Positions 10,490 to 19,957 are shown, numbered from the stretch's first letter. The stretch is DNA of 49,941 nucleotides from Candidatus Blautia intestinipullorum (GCA_019120475.1 DWVA01000175.1:1-49941), one strand, 5' to 3'. Numbers and translations: made by a program. The notes: generated by a model not told the origin, from the letters alone.

Positions 10490-11581
10490 TCATTCAGCGG
10501 CCTCGGCTGTATCCTCAGCGGCGCCTTCATCTGCAGCTTCTTCTGTATCCGCAGTATCTGCGGTTTCTTCTGTCTCTGCAGTATCGGCTGTATCCTCAGC
10601 GGCAGCGTCGTCAGCTTCCGCTTCCTCGCCGATCGCCACATAATCGTCCGGTACCTCTACGCCAAGCTCTTCACAAAGCTCAGGATTATATTTCTTGGTA
10701 AAGTTCGGAGCGTATTCAATAGGCATGGTGGAAATATCTTCACCGTCCTGAAGGATGCGGACAGCCATTTTTCCTGTGGCAACACCAAGATCATAATAAT
10801 CAATGGAAAGAGTTGCAACGCCGCAGCCCTCGCAGATGCCTTCCTCACCGGCAATGATGGGAACTCCTGCAGGAGCGCAGATATTGTTGATGATCTCTGT
10901 GTTGGAAGCTGCTGTGTTGTCCGTAGGCACATAGATCACATCGCTTTCAGAAGATGCTGTCGTCACAACAGAAGAAAGGTCGTTGGAATCTGAGAACGCA
11001 TAGTATTCACAGGTATAGCCTAATTCTTCCAGAGCAGCCTTCACGGTATCCACCTGATACTGAGAGTTGGCTTCCGCGGAACAGTAAAGAAGTCCTACAT
11101 TCTTGGCGTCCGGAAACAGCTCGTTCAGCATAGCTGCCTGCTGATCCAGAGGAGCCAGGTCGGAGGTACCGGAAACATTCCCGCCTACTGTGCCGTCAAA
11201 GTCATCCAGATCCAGAGCAACTCCATATTCCGTTACGGAAGTTCCGAGAATAGGAATATCGCTGGTTCCCGCAACTGCCGCCTGAAGAGCAGCCGTGGCG
11301 TTGGCAAGGATCAGATCCACATCGTCGGAAACAAAATCATTGATAATAGTAGAACAGGTATTGGAATCTCCCTGGGCGTTCTGTTCATCAAAGGTAACCT
11401 TATCGCCGAGGGCTTCCGTTACGGCGTCCTTAAACCCCGTAGTGGCAGCGTCCAGCGCTTCATGCTGTACAAGCTGGCAGATACCGATGGTATATGTATC
11501 ATCTGCAGCATAAACGCTGACACCGCTTAATCCTGCAGCCATGGAAGCGGATAATGCCACTGCTAAAATTTGCTTTTTCAT
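10490..11581 (-). CDS. ABC substrate-binding protein (ABC_sub_bind/TrpX-like) with acidic repetitive tail
   Basis: IGICQLVQHEALDAA, NAQGD, NVSGTSD, YVPTDN; signal peptide. Confidence 0.9.
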   Translation of the reverse strand: MKKQILAVALSASMAAGLSGVSVYAADDTYTIGICQLVQHEALDAATTGFKDAVTEALGDKVTFDEQNAQGDSNTCSTIINDFVSDDVDLILANATAALQAAVAGTSDIPILGTSVTEYGVALDLDDFDGTVGGNVSGTSDLAPLDQQAAMLNELFPDAKNVGLLYCSAEANSQYQVDTVKAALEELGYTCEYYAFSDSNDLSSVVTTASSESDVIYVPTDNTAASNTEIINNICAPAGVPIIAGEEGICEGCGVATLSIDYYDLGVATGKMAVRILQDGEDISTMPIEYAPNFTKKYNPELCEELGVEVPDDYVAIGEEAEADDAAAEDTADTAETEETADTADTEEAADEGAAEDTAEAAE

Positions 11582-11651
11582 TCTGAAATCCTCCTCTTTT
11601 ATACCTTTTATGCCTTACATATAAAATATAAGGAATGGTTCTGATTTTTGT

Positions 11652-11680
11652 AGTATAACGCTTTAAAGCTCAAAAGTCAA
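11652..11680 (-). promoter_or_regulatory. SigA promoter of the ABC operon with a palindrome in the spacer
   Basis: Minus strand TTGACT-17-TATACT; spacer contains GCTTTAAAGC. Confidence 0.65.
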
Positions 11681-11745
11681 GGCGGAAAGAAGAACTACAA
11701 AAAAAATTAGCTATGCTTAAAAATAGTAAGAATCTTCTAATTATA

Positions 11746-11774
11746 TTGACAATTTTTGCTGTTTTCGGTATGAT
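11746..11774 (+). promoter_or_regulatory. SigA promoter of the BMP/nucleoside ABC operon
   Basis: TTGACA-17-TATGAT. Confidence 0.75.
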
Positions 11775-11787
11775 AAAAGTACTTACA

Positions 11788-11826
11788 AAGAGGCGTAACG
11801 CGGTGGGTGTTGGGCCTCTTTTGTTT
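11788..11826 (+). terminator. Leader (attenuator-like) terminator
   Basis: AAGAGGC...GCCTCTT stem plus TTGTTT immediately after the promoter. Confidence 0.55.
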
Positions 11827-11983
11827 CCCTGGTTCTCTGACGGGGCGATTCGCGCGAAAGAATGGAGCTTTTCCTTTCTGCAGAGCCGCGGGCTTCCGGA
11901 GATAGAGCAGGGATGAAGTATTGAAGCGGAAAGACCCGCTTTGTTCTTATCTAAAAACACCCGGAAAGAAGGAGGAAAGAAGG

Positions 11984-13162
11984 ATGAAGAAATTATTAGC
12001 AATTGGTCTTGCCGCAGCCATGGCTGTGACAATGGCAGCACCTGTGTACGCATCTGAGGGAGAGGGCATTGCCAAGGAGGATCTGAAGATCGGAATCATC
12101 TACATCGGAGATGAAAATGAGGGATACAGTGCGGCCCATATGGCAGGTATCGATGAGATGGTGGAGACTCTGGGACTGGATGATTCTCAGGTTATCGAGA
12201 AAACACTGATCGGTGAAAATGAAGCCTGCTATGACGCGGCCTGCGACCTGGCTGACCAGGGGGCGCAGATTGTCTTTGCGAACAGTTTTGGACATGAGAC
12301 TTATATTCTGCAGGCAGCGGCGGAATATCCGGAAGTACAGTTCTGCCACGCAACAGGAACACAGGCTGCATCCAGCGGACTGTCCAATATGCACAACTAT
12401 TTTACAAACATTTATGAATCACGTTATGTTTCCGGCGTAGTAGCCGGCCTGAAGCTCAATGAAATGATCGAGGATGGAACGATCACGGAAGACACTGCGA
12501 AAATAGGTTATGTAGGAGCATTCCCGTATGCAGAGGTTATTTCCGGCTACACCTCTTTCTATCTGGGAGCCAAGAGCGTATGCCCGTCTGTGACAATGGA
12601 AGTAAAATATACCAACAGCTGGGCAAGCTTTGACCTTGAAAAAGAATGTGCGGACGCTCTGATCTCCGACGGCTGCGTACTCATCAGCCAGCATGCGGAT
12701 ACTACAGGAGCTCCTACTGCATGTGAAGCGGCAGGCGTACCCTGCGTTGGATACAACATTGACATGACCTCTGTTGCTCCGAATACTGCTCTGACTTCCG
12801 CGTCTATCGACTGGGGCGTATATTATACCTATGCGGTACAGTGCATGATCGACGGAACTCCTATCGACGTTGACTGGTGTAAAGGCTTTGCAGAAGGCGC
12901 AGACAAGCTGACTCCTCTCAATGAAGCAGTTGTTGCAGAAGGCACCGCAGAGAAGGTTGAAGAAGTAGAGAACGCGATCATCGACGGATCTCTTCATGTA
13001 TTTGATACTTCTACATTTACTGTGGATGGAAAAGAAGTTACCACATATGAGAAGAACGGCATCGAATACATTTCCGACGGATATTTCCATGAATCCGAGT
13101 ACGGTTCCGCTCCGGCATTTGATCTTGCCATCGACGGAATCACTTCTATCGTAGAAGAATAA
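11984..13162 (+). CDS. BMP-family (PnrA-like) purine/nucleoside ABC substrate-binding protein
   Basis: FANSFGH, KIGYVGAFP, SQHADT motifs; GGAGG RBS; upstream of nucleoside-type ABC genes. Confidence 0.9.
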   Translation: MKKLLAIGLAAAMAVTMAAPVYASEGEGIAKEDLKIGIIYIGDENEGYSAAHMAGIDEMVETLGLDDSQVIEKTLIGENEACYDAACDLADQGAQIVFANSFGHETYILQAAAEYPEVQFCHATGTQAASSGLSNMHNYFTNIYESRYVSGVVAGLKLNEMIEDGTITEDTAKIGYVGAFPYAEVISGYTSFYLGAKSVCPSVTMEVKYTNSWASFDLEKECADALISDGCVLISQHADTTGAPTACEAAGVPCVGYNIDMTSVAPNTALTSASIDWGVYYTYAVQCMIDGTPIDVDWCKGFAEGADKLTPLNEAVVAEGTAEKVEEVENAIIDGSLHVFDTSTFTVDGKEVTTYEKNGIEYISDGYFHESEYGSAPAFDLAIDGITSIVEE

Positions 13163-13175
13163 GCATAAAAATGGG

Positions 13176-13204
13176 CGGAGCTGCTTGCCAGCAGCTCCGT
13201 TTTT
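13176..13204 (+). terminator. Intra-operon hairpin/terminator after the SBP gene
   Basis: CGGAGCTGCT/AGCAGCTCCG plus T5. Confidence 0.75.
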
Positions 13205-13345
13205 CTGATAAAATTCAAATATCAGAGGCTTTCGGAAAAGAAGGCTTTTGATCTTTGGATTCTATCCTGTTTTCGATAGGAGTTCTGCCAATAATAGAAT
13301 ACCGGACAGTGCAAAGCGCACTGCAGGAATACACAGAAGGAGGGA

Positions 13346-14884
13346 ATGGAAGTGGGAGACAATTATGCTCTTGAACTGAAACAGATCACAAAGCGTTTTG
13401 GTTCTGTGCTGGCGAACGACCATGTGGATCTCACTCTGAAGAAATCAGAGATTCTCGCGATCTTGGGAGAGAACGGAAGCGGCAAGACAACGCTGATGAA
13501 TATGATCTACGGAATTTATTATCCGGATTCCGGGCATATTCTGGTAGACGGCAAAGAGGTGACGATCCGTTCTCCGAAGGATTCGTTTGCTCTTGGGATC
13601 GGTATGGTACATCAGCATTTTAAACTGGTGGACGTGCTGACAGCGGCAGAAAATATTATTCTCGGCCTTCCGGGAAAACAGATGCTGAATATGAAGAAGG
13701 TGACAGAGGAGATCCAGGTGCTTCTGGACAAATACGGATTCGATCTGAACCTGTCTGAAAAAATCTACCAGATGTCGGTTTCCCAGAAGCAGACGGTGGA
13801 AATTGTAAAGATGCTTTACAGAGGAGCCCGTATCCTGATCCTGGACGAGCCTACCGCTGTGCTGACGCCGCAGGAAGCGGACCGCCTTTTTGATATTCTG
13901 CGCAATATGAAAAAAGACGGCTGCTCCATTATTATCATCACGCACAAACTCCAGGAGGTGCTGGCTCTTTCCGACAGAGTGGCAATTCTCAGAAAGGGAC
14001 GTTACATAGACACAGTGGAGACTGCCAAAACAAATGTACAGAGCCTTTCCGAGATGATGGTAGGAGCAAAAGTGGATCTGGACATTGAACGGCCGGAGCC
14101 GGAAAATATGAAGAAGCGTCTGGAGATCAAGGGCCTTACCTGCAAGGACAAAGAGGGGGTCAAGACTCTGGATGATGTGGACGTTACTGTAAACAGCGGA
14201 GAGATCCTGGGTATCGCAGGTATTTCCGGAAGCGGCCAGAAGGAGCTTCTGGAGGCTGTAGCCGGCCTGCAGGGGTCAGAAAGCGGGCAGATTCTCTTCT
14301 ATGACGACGACGGAAGCCAGAAGGATCTGGCAAAGATGAATTCCGTAGAGATCCATGAGCTGGGCGTAAGCCTTGCCTTTGTGCCGGAGGACCGTATCGG
14401 TATGGGACTTGTAGGCGATATGGATATGACGGACAATATGATGCTCAGAAGCTACCATGACGGAAAGGGAGCTCTTCTGGACCGGAAGGGTCCCAGGAAG
14501 CTGGCGGCAGAGATCAAAGACCAGCTTGAGATCATGACTCCCAGCATTTCTTCTCCGGTCCGCCAGATGTCAGGAGGAAATGTTCAGAAGGTCCTTGTAG
14601 GAAGAGAGATCGCACAGAATCCCAAAGTCCTTATGGTTGCCTATCCTACCAGGGGCATTGACATTAATTCTTCCCACACTATATACCGGCTTCTGAACGA
14701 GCAGAAAAAGCATGGCGTGGCGGTGATCTGCGTGATCGAGGATCTTGACGTTCTTCTTGCTCTCTGCGACAGGATCGCGGTGCTTTGCGGCGGCAGAGTC
14801 AGCGGAGTGGTGGACGGAAGGACAGCTACAAAAGAGGGAATCGGACTTCTGATGACGAAACATGAAAAAGGAGGGGAAGAGTAA
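13346..14884 (+). CDS. Nucleoside/sugar (CUT2) ABC ATP-binding protein with two ABC domains
   Basis: GENGSGKT, GMVHQHF, LDEPTAVLTPQE, MSGGNVQK, PTRGID. Confidence 0.92.
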   Translation: MEVGDNYALELKQITKRFGSVLANDHVDLTLKKSEILAILGENGSGKTTLMNMIYGIYYPDSGHILVDGKEVTIRSPKDSFALGIGMVHQHFKLVDVLTAAENIILGLPGKQMLNMKKVTEEIQVLLDKYGFDLNLSEKIYQMSVSQKQTVEIVKMLYRGARILILDEPTAVLTPQEADRLFDILRNMKKDGCSIIIITHKLQEVLALSDRVAILRKGRYIDTVETAKTNVQSLSEMMVGAKVDLDIERPEPENMKKRLEIKGLTCKDKEGVKTLDDVDVTVNSGEILGIAGISGSGQKELLEAVAGLQGSESGQILFYDDDGSQKDLAKMNSVEIHELGVSLAFVPEDRIGMGLVGDMDMTDNMMLRSYHDGKGALLDRKGPRKLAAEIKDQLEIMTPSISSPVRQMSGGNVQKVLVGREIAQNPKVLMVAYPTRGIDINSSHTIYRLLNEQKKHGVAVICVIEDLDVLLALCDRIAVLCGGRVSGVVDGRTATKEGIGLLMTKHEKGGEE

Positions 14885-15960
14885 TGCATAAAGAACCTTT
14901 CTTAAAAATGTCCAAGCGTGATCACATTGGCTGGCAGAAACGGCTTCTGATCCGCATTATCGCCCTGGTCCTGGCGCTGATCGTCTGTGCGGGCGTGATA
15001 TTTGCTCTGGTAAAGATGAACCCCATGGACGTATACAAAGCCATCTGGGACGGCGCCCTGGGTTCCGAGCGCCGGGTATGGCAGACACTTCGTGATACGA
15101 TGGTGCTTTTGTGTATTTCCATCGGTTTGGCTCCTGCTTTTAAGATGCGCTTCTGGAATATCGGAGCGGAGGGACAGATCCTGATCGGAGGCGCCTGTGC
15201 CGCTGCAGCTATGATCTATGCGGGAGACGCCATGTCTCCGGTGCTGCTTCTGATCGTAATGTTTATTGCCAGTATGATAGGCGGTATGATCTGGGGAATT
15301 ATCCCGGCAGTGTTTAAGGCATACTGGAATACAAACGAAACGCTGTTCACCCTGATGCTGAACTATGTAGCCATGCAGGTAGTGACTTACTGTATCGTAT
15401 TCTGGGAGAATCCCAAGGGTTCCAACACGGTGGGGATCATCAACCAGGCTACTCAGGCGGGATGGCTTCCGGAGTTGTTCGGACAGAAATACGGGTGGAA
15501 CCTGCTGATCGTACTTGTTCTTACGGTAGTAATGTTTATTTATCTGAAGTACAGCAAACAGGGATATGAGATCGCCGTTGTAGGCGAGAGCGAGAACACG
15601 GCCAGATATGCGGGCATCCATGTAAAAAGAGTCATTATCCGCACCATGGCTATTTCCGGCGCGATCTGCGGAATCGCCGGCTTTGTTATCGTCAGCGGCG
15701 CCAGCCATACGATCTCCACTATGACTGCGGACGGAAGAGGATTCACAGCGATCATCGTTGCCTGGCTGTCCAAATTCAATACGTTTATCATGCTGGCGGT
15801 ATCCTTTGGTATTGTATTCATGCAGCAGGGAGCTGTTCAGATCGCTTCTCAGTACGGGCTGAACGAGAACGCCTCGGACGTTATTCTGGGAATCATTCTG
15901 TTTTTCCTGATCGGCGCGGAATTCTTTATCAACTATAAACTGGAGCGTACAAAGAAATAG
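14884..15960 (+). CDS. Nucleoside ABC permease 1
   Basis: WNIGAEGQ, NETLFTLMLNY, ARYAGI; start overlaps the upstream stop (TAATG). Confidence 0.9.
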   Translation: MHKEPFLKMSKRDHIGWQKRLLIRIIALVLALIVCAGVIFALVKMNPMDVYKAIWDGALGSERRVWQTLRDTMVLLCISIGLAPAFKMRFWNIGAEGQILIGGACAAAAMIYAGDAMSPVLLLIVMFIASMIGGMIWGIIPAVFKAYWNTNETLFTLMLNYVAMQVVTYCIVFWENPKGSNTVGIINQATQAGWLPELFGQKYGWNLLIVLVLTVVMFIYLKYSKQGYEIAVVGESENTARYAGIHVKRVIIRTMAISGAICGIAGFVIVSGASHTISTMTADGRGFTAIIVAWLSKFNTFIMLAVSFGIVFMQQGAVQIASQYGLNENASDVILGIILFFLIGAEFFINYKLERTKK

Positions 15961-15972
15961 GAGGAAGATGCG

Positions 15973-16953
15973 ATGAGTGTACTTATTATCTTTATTCAGA
16001 AAGCCATTGTGCAGGGCATCTGTATCCTGTATGGTGCGCTGGGAGAGATCATGACGGAGAAATCCGGAAACCTGAACCTTGGTATCCCGGGAATCATGTA
16101 TATGGGCGGCATTGCCGGACTGATGGGAGCTTTTCTCTACGAAAAAGACAACCCGGATCCCAATGCTCTTGTAGGCGTTCTGATCTCATTTTTATGTGCT
16201 TTTATCTGCGCGGCCATCGGCGGCCTTATCTATAGTGTGCTGACGATCACGCTTCGCGTAAACCAGAACGTAACCGGTCTTGCGCTGACGATATTCGGTA
16301 CCGGCTTCGGAAACTTCTTCGGCGGTTCCATTTCCAAGTTGGCAGGCGGCGTAGGACAGATTTCTGTAAAAGTAACAGGAAGCGCTTACACGGCGAAGAT
16401 TCCCGGGCTTTCCAAGATCCCGGTGCTGGGGGATCTGCTTTTCAGCTACGGTTTTATGACTTATCTCTGCATTATTGCGGCGGTGGTGCTTTCCGTTTTC
16501 CTGTTCCGTACAAGATACGGGCTGAATCTTAGAGCTATTGGCGAAAGTCCGGCCACAGCAGACGCCGCGGGCATCAACGTGACCAAGTATAAGTATCTTG
16601 CGACCTGCATCGGCGCAGGTCTTGCAGGTCTTGGCGGACTGTACTTCGTTATGGAGTATTCAGGCGGGACATGGACGGACAACGGTTTCGGAGACCGCGG
16701 ATGGCTGGCGGTAGCTCTTGTTATCTTTGCTCTCTGGAAACCATTGAACGCAGTCTGGGGCGCTTTCCTTTTCGGCGCGCTGTATATTCTTTATCTGTAT
16801 ATTCCGGGTCTGGGAAGAAGTATGCAGGAAGTTTTCAAGGCGCTGCCTTATGTGGTTACCATCATCGTTCTTGTGATCACCAGCTTCCGTAAGAAGAAGG
16901 AGCACCAGCCTCCGGCGGGACTGGGACTTCCGTACTTCCGTGAGGAGCGATAA
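15973..16953 (+). CDS. Nucleoside ABC permease 2
   Basis: EKSGNLNLG, NQNVTGLAL, LRAIGESP..AD AAGI, GWLAVALV, LPY, PAGLGLPY. Confidence 0.9.
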   Translation: MSVLIIFIQKAIVQGICILYGALGEIMTEKSGNLNLGIPGIMYMGGIAGLMGAFLYEKDNPDPNALVGVLISFLCAFICAAIGGLIYSVLTITLRVNQNVTGLALTIFGTGFGNFFGGSISKLAGGVGQISVKVTGSAYTAKIPGLSKIPVLGDLLFSYGFMTYLCIIAAVVLSVFLFRTRYGLNLRAIGESPATADAAGINVTKYKYLATCIGAGLAGLGGLYFVMEYSGGTWTDNGFGDRGWLAVALVIFALWKPLNAVWGAFLFGALYILYLYIPGLGRSMQEVFKALPYVVTIIVLVITSFRKKKEHQPPAGLGLPYFREER

Positions 16954-16976
16954 AAAAATACTTTGTATGTGCAGAC

Positions 16977-17013
16977 AGAAGCCTGCGGGATGATCTCCCG
17001 CAGGTTTTCTTTT
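16977..17013 (+). terminator. Intrinsic terminator
   Basis: GCCTGCGGGA/TCCCGCAGGT stem plus T-rich tail. Confidence 0.75.
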
Positions 17014-17083
17014 GGACTGACAGGAGATCGGGCGCTGTTTTTTGCATTACTTTCCTTTTGTATGAGGATTCAGATATAAAACA

Positions 17084-17138
17084 AATGTCAACCATATAAA
17101 ATAAATAAGTTGACAATTGCGGGCGCATATGTTATTCT
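17084..17138 (+). promoter_or_regulatory. BirA operator overlapping a SigA promoter
   Basis: aaTGTCAAC-N16-GTTGACAat fits the BirA box wwTGTtAAC-N15/16-GTTaACAww; right half contains the -35 TTGACA, with TATTCT 17 nt downstream; precedes bioB-bioY. Confidence 0.85.
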
Positions 17139-17163
17139 TTGGCCATTGGAGGCGAAAGGATCA

Positions 17164-17939
17164 ATGTATAATTTACAGGCAGATAAAAATTCTATAGAGA
17201 AACTGACGGAAAAAATCCTTGACGGATACCGTATGGGGCGGAAGGATGATTTTGGGGTTCTTCTGACCGCCCCGCTGGAGGCCGTATGTGAAGGAGCAGA
17301 CGCCATCCGTCGGAAATTCTGCGGGAATAAGGCGGATCTGTGCACCATTGTCAACGGCCGCAGCGGACGCTGCAGTGAAGACTGCCGTTTCTGCGCCCAG
17401 TCCTGCCGGTATCCTACCAGCGCACGGGAGTATCCTTTTCTTGATCCGGGGGAAATCCTTGCGGAAGGGAAGCGAAACGAGGCTGCCGGTGTGCACCGTT
17501 ATTCCATTGTGACTTCAGGACGCGGGATCCATGGGGAGGAACTGGAAAAAGCGCTGGCCGCCTACCGGCTTCTCCGCCGGGAAACAGGGCTGAGATTATG
17601 CGCTTCCCACGGACTACAGACAACGGAAGAATTCCGGAGACTGAAAGAAGCAGGCGCGGAGCGGTATCACTGTAACCTGGAGGCGTCAGAAAGATACTTT
17701 CCCCAGGTATGCACCACCCATACGTTTGAGGATAAAGTGGAAAATATCAGACGGGCACAGGAGGCCGGCCTGGAAGTCTGTTCCGGAGGGATCCTGGGCG
17801 CGGGCAGTTTCCCCGGGGCGGGGCAGAACTGTTCCGGGCGGGAGCGAATTCTGCCATCACGGGCGATATGCTGACCACTACGGGGACAGGTATTGCGGAA
17901 GATATAAAAATGCTGGAGCAGCTTGGCTACGAGCTGTGA
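17164..17939 (+). pseudogene. bioB: Biotin synthase with a frameshifting internal deletion
   Basis: CSEDCRFC radical-SAM motif, YHCNLE and VCSGGILG; the C-terminus (GRGQ...GANSAITGDMLTTTG...LGYEL*) continues in another frame from ~17796. Confidence 0.85.
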
Positions 17940-17962
17940 GCAGAAAGAAAGGAAAGAGTAAA

Positions 17963-18523
17963 ATGTACGAGACTGCAACAAATATAAATGAGGGCAGGAA
18001 GAGCAGGATTTATATTCTGTGCGTAACTGCCGTGATGACGGCGGTGACCTGTGTTCTGGCGCCTTTTTCCATTCCCATCGGACCGGTGCCCATTTCCCTT
18101 ACCAATCTGGTGATCTATATTTCCCTGTATCTTCTTGGGTGGAAGATGGCTACAGTAAGTTATATAGTATATATCCTCATCGGCCTGGCAGGACTGCCTG
18201 TGTTTTCCGGATTTTCCGGCGGTCCGGCAAAACTGGCCGGACCTACCGGAGGCTATATCGTTGGATTTATTCCCATGGCAATCATCGCCGGACTGACGAT
18301 CCGTTATTTTAAAAACCGGTTTGTTCAGTTTGTGGGAATGGTTGTGGGAACGGCTGTCTGCTATGTTTTTGGAACCGCCTGGTTCTGCGTGCTGATGGAT
18401 TCCACCGTGGCAGCCGCGCTGAGTACCTGCGTGATTCCCTTTATTCCGGGAGATATCCTGAAAATGATTGCGGCTCTGGCGGTAGGGCCTGCTGTAAAAA
18501 AATCCTTGAAATCTGCTTTTTAA
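17963..18523 (+). CDS. bioY: Biotin ECF S-component BioY
   Basis: PVPISL, GLPVFSGFSGG, GPTGGYIVGF, PFIPGDILK; downstream of the BirA box. Confidence 0.93.
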   Translation: MYETATNINEGRKSRIYILCVTAVMTAVTCVLAPFSIPIGPVPISLTNLVIYISLYLLGWKMATVSYIVYILIGLAGLPVFSGFSGGPAKLAGPTGGYIVGFIPMAIIAGLTIRYFKNRFVQFVGMVVGTAVCYVFGTAWFCVLMDSTVAAALSTCVIPFIPGDILKMIAALAVGPAVKKSLKSAF

Positions 18524-18574
18524 GGAGCTATGATCCAGTTTTCGATACTTAAAAGAACCAAAAAATTTTTTTGA

Positions 18575-18608
18575 TCGGCAGACGAATGTTTTCGTCTGCC
18601 GGTTTTTT
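18575..18608 (+). terminator. Intrinsic terminator after bioY
   Basis: CGGCAGACGAA/TTCGTCTGCCG plus T6. Confidence 0.8.
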
Positions 18609-18628
18609 CGTGAAGCCCGGTATATTTC

Positions 18629-18657
18629 TTGCGTGGAAACCGGGAATGTTTTATACT
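18629..18657 (+). promoter_or_regulatory. SigA promoter
   Basis: TTGCGT-17-TATACT. Confidence 0.5.
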
Positions 18658-18703
18658 TTATTACAGAAGGAATTCAATAAGAATATACCGGAGGAGAACA
18701 GTT

Positions 18704-19087
18704 ATGAATTTATCTCGAATACATCATATCGCGATCATCGTATCAGATTATGAAGCGTCAAAGGATTTTTATGTGAATAAGCTGGGATTTCAGATCGTCC
18801 GGGAAAATTTCCGGCCGGAACGGAAGGACTGGAAGCTGGATCTGAAAATAAACGAGACCACAGAACTGGAGATTTTCGGGGTGGAAAATCCTCCGGCGCG
18901 TGTGACCAGGCCGGAAGCGGCGGGCCTTCGTCATCTGGCGTTTTTTACGGATAATATTGAGGAAACAGTGGCGGAACTGAAAGAGAAAGGGATTGTAACG
19001 GAACCAATCCGCGTTGATGAGTTTTCGGGGAAAAAGTTTACTTTTTTCGCAGATCCCGACGGGCTTCCCATCGAGCTTCATGAATAG
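18704..19087 (+). CDS. VOC/glyoxalase-like protein (YwkD/YaeR family)
   Basis: IHHIAII, SKDFYV..LG, LRHLAF, FFADPDGLPIELHE. Confidence 0.9.
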   Translation: MNLSRIHHIAIIVSDYEASKDFYVNKLGFQIVRENFRPERKDWKLDLKINETTELEIFGVENPPARVTRPEAAGLRHLAFFTDNIEETVAELKEKGIVTEPIRVDEFSGKKFTFFADPDGLPIELHE

Positions 19088-19185
19088 GGAGCGTCAGAGA
19101 ACCGGCCAGTCTGGTGATCAGCAGTCATGAACACAAGGAGTACAATGACAGAGAATTAAGGCAGAGAATAAAGGATGGAAATCAT

Positions 19186-19926
19186 ATGGCATTATACGCG
19201 CTCGGCGATCTGCATCTCAGCTTCCAGGCTGACAAAACCATGGATGTTTTCGGGAGAGTCTGGAGACATCATGAAAGAAAGATTGAAAAGTATGTAAACA
19301 AAATCGTAAAGCCGGAGGACACCCTTGTGCTTACCGGCGATCACTCCTGGGGAAGAAAACTGGAAGAGTGCCGGGAAGATCTTGCGTTTATCCAGAACCT
19401 TCCAGGAAGAAAGATTCTGCTCAGGGGAAATCATGACATGTTCTGGGACGCGAAAAAAACAAAGTATCTGAATGAAGAATACAGGGACAGACTGTTTTTC
19501 CTTCAGAATAATTTTGCCGTCTATAAGGATTACGCCCTTGTGGGAACGAAGGGATTTACATTTGAAGGTCCGTTTTATCTGAACAGAAGAGGAGAGATCA
19601 TCGGCTGGGATGAGGAGAAAGAAGCCCATGCCCGTAAACTGGTGGCAAGAGAAACGGAACGGCTGCGGGACTCTTTCGATCAGGCGGAGAAGGCCGGTTT
19701 CTGTAAATTCATCATGTTTCTCCATTATCCGCCGACCAGTATACTGGAAGAAACCTCGCCATTTACAGAAATTGCGAAAGAATACGGCGCCGAAGCAGTG
19801 GTATATTCCCACTGCCACGGGGAAAGCCGTTTCGGCGACAGCATCCGGGGCGATTTTCAGGGAATCAGGTACATGCTGGTATCAGGAGATTATCTGAATT
19901 TCCGTCCCGCGTTGGTGATGGAATAG
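19186..19926 (+). CDS. Calcineurin-like metallophosphoesterase
   Basis: DLH, GD, GNHD, HYPP, HCH motifs. Confidence 0.88.
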   Translation: MALYALGDLHLSFQADKTMDVFGRVWRHHERKIEKYVNKIVKPEDTLVLTGDHSWGRKLEECREDLAFIQNLPGRKILLRGNHDMFWDAKKTKYLNEEYRDRLFFLQNNFAVYKDYALVGTKGFTFEGPFYLNRRGEIIGWDEEKEAHARKLVARETERLRDSFDQAEKAGFCKFIMFLHYPPTSILEETSPFTEIAKEYGAEAVVYSHCHGESRFGDSIRGDFQGIRYMLVSGDYLNFRPALVME

Positions 19927-19957
19927 AATATGGAACGAAGAAAGACCGGGTGATGAT

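Noticed and set aside
10493-10630. Short repeats as a possible CRISPR array
   Set aside because: They are in-frame coding repeats with no constant repeat-spacer period and no cas genes
17790-17810. Programmed frameshift in bioB
   Set aside because: There is no slippery heptamer and conserved sequence is missing between the two frames, so deletion explains it better
17726-17962. Apparent 79-aa N-terminal extension of BioY
   Set aside because: It is an off-frame read of the broken bioB 3' end; the RBS and ATG at 17963 give a normal BioY
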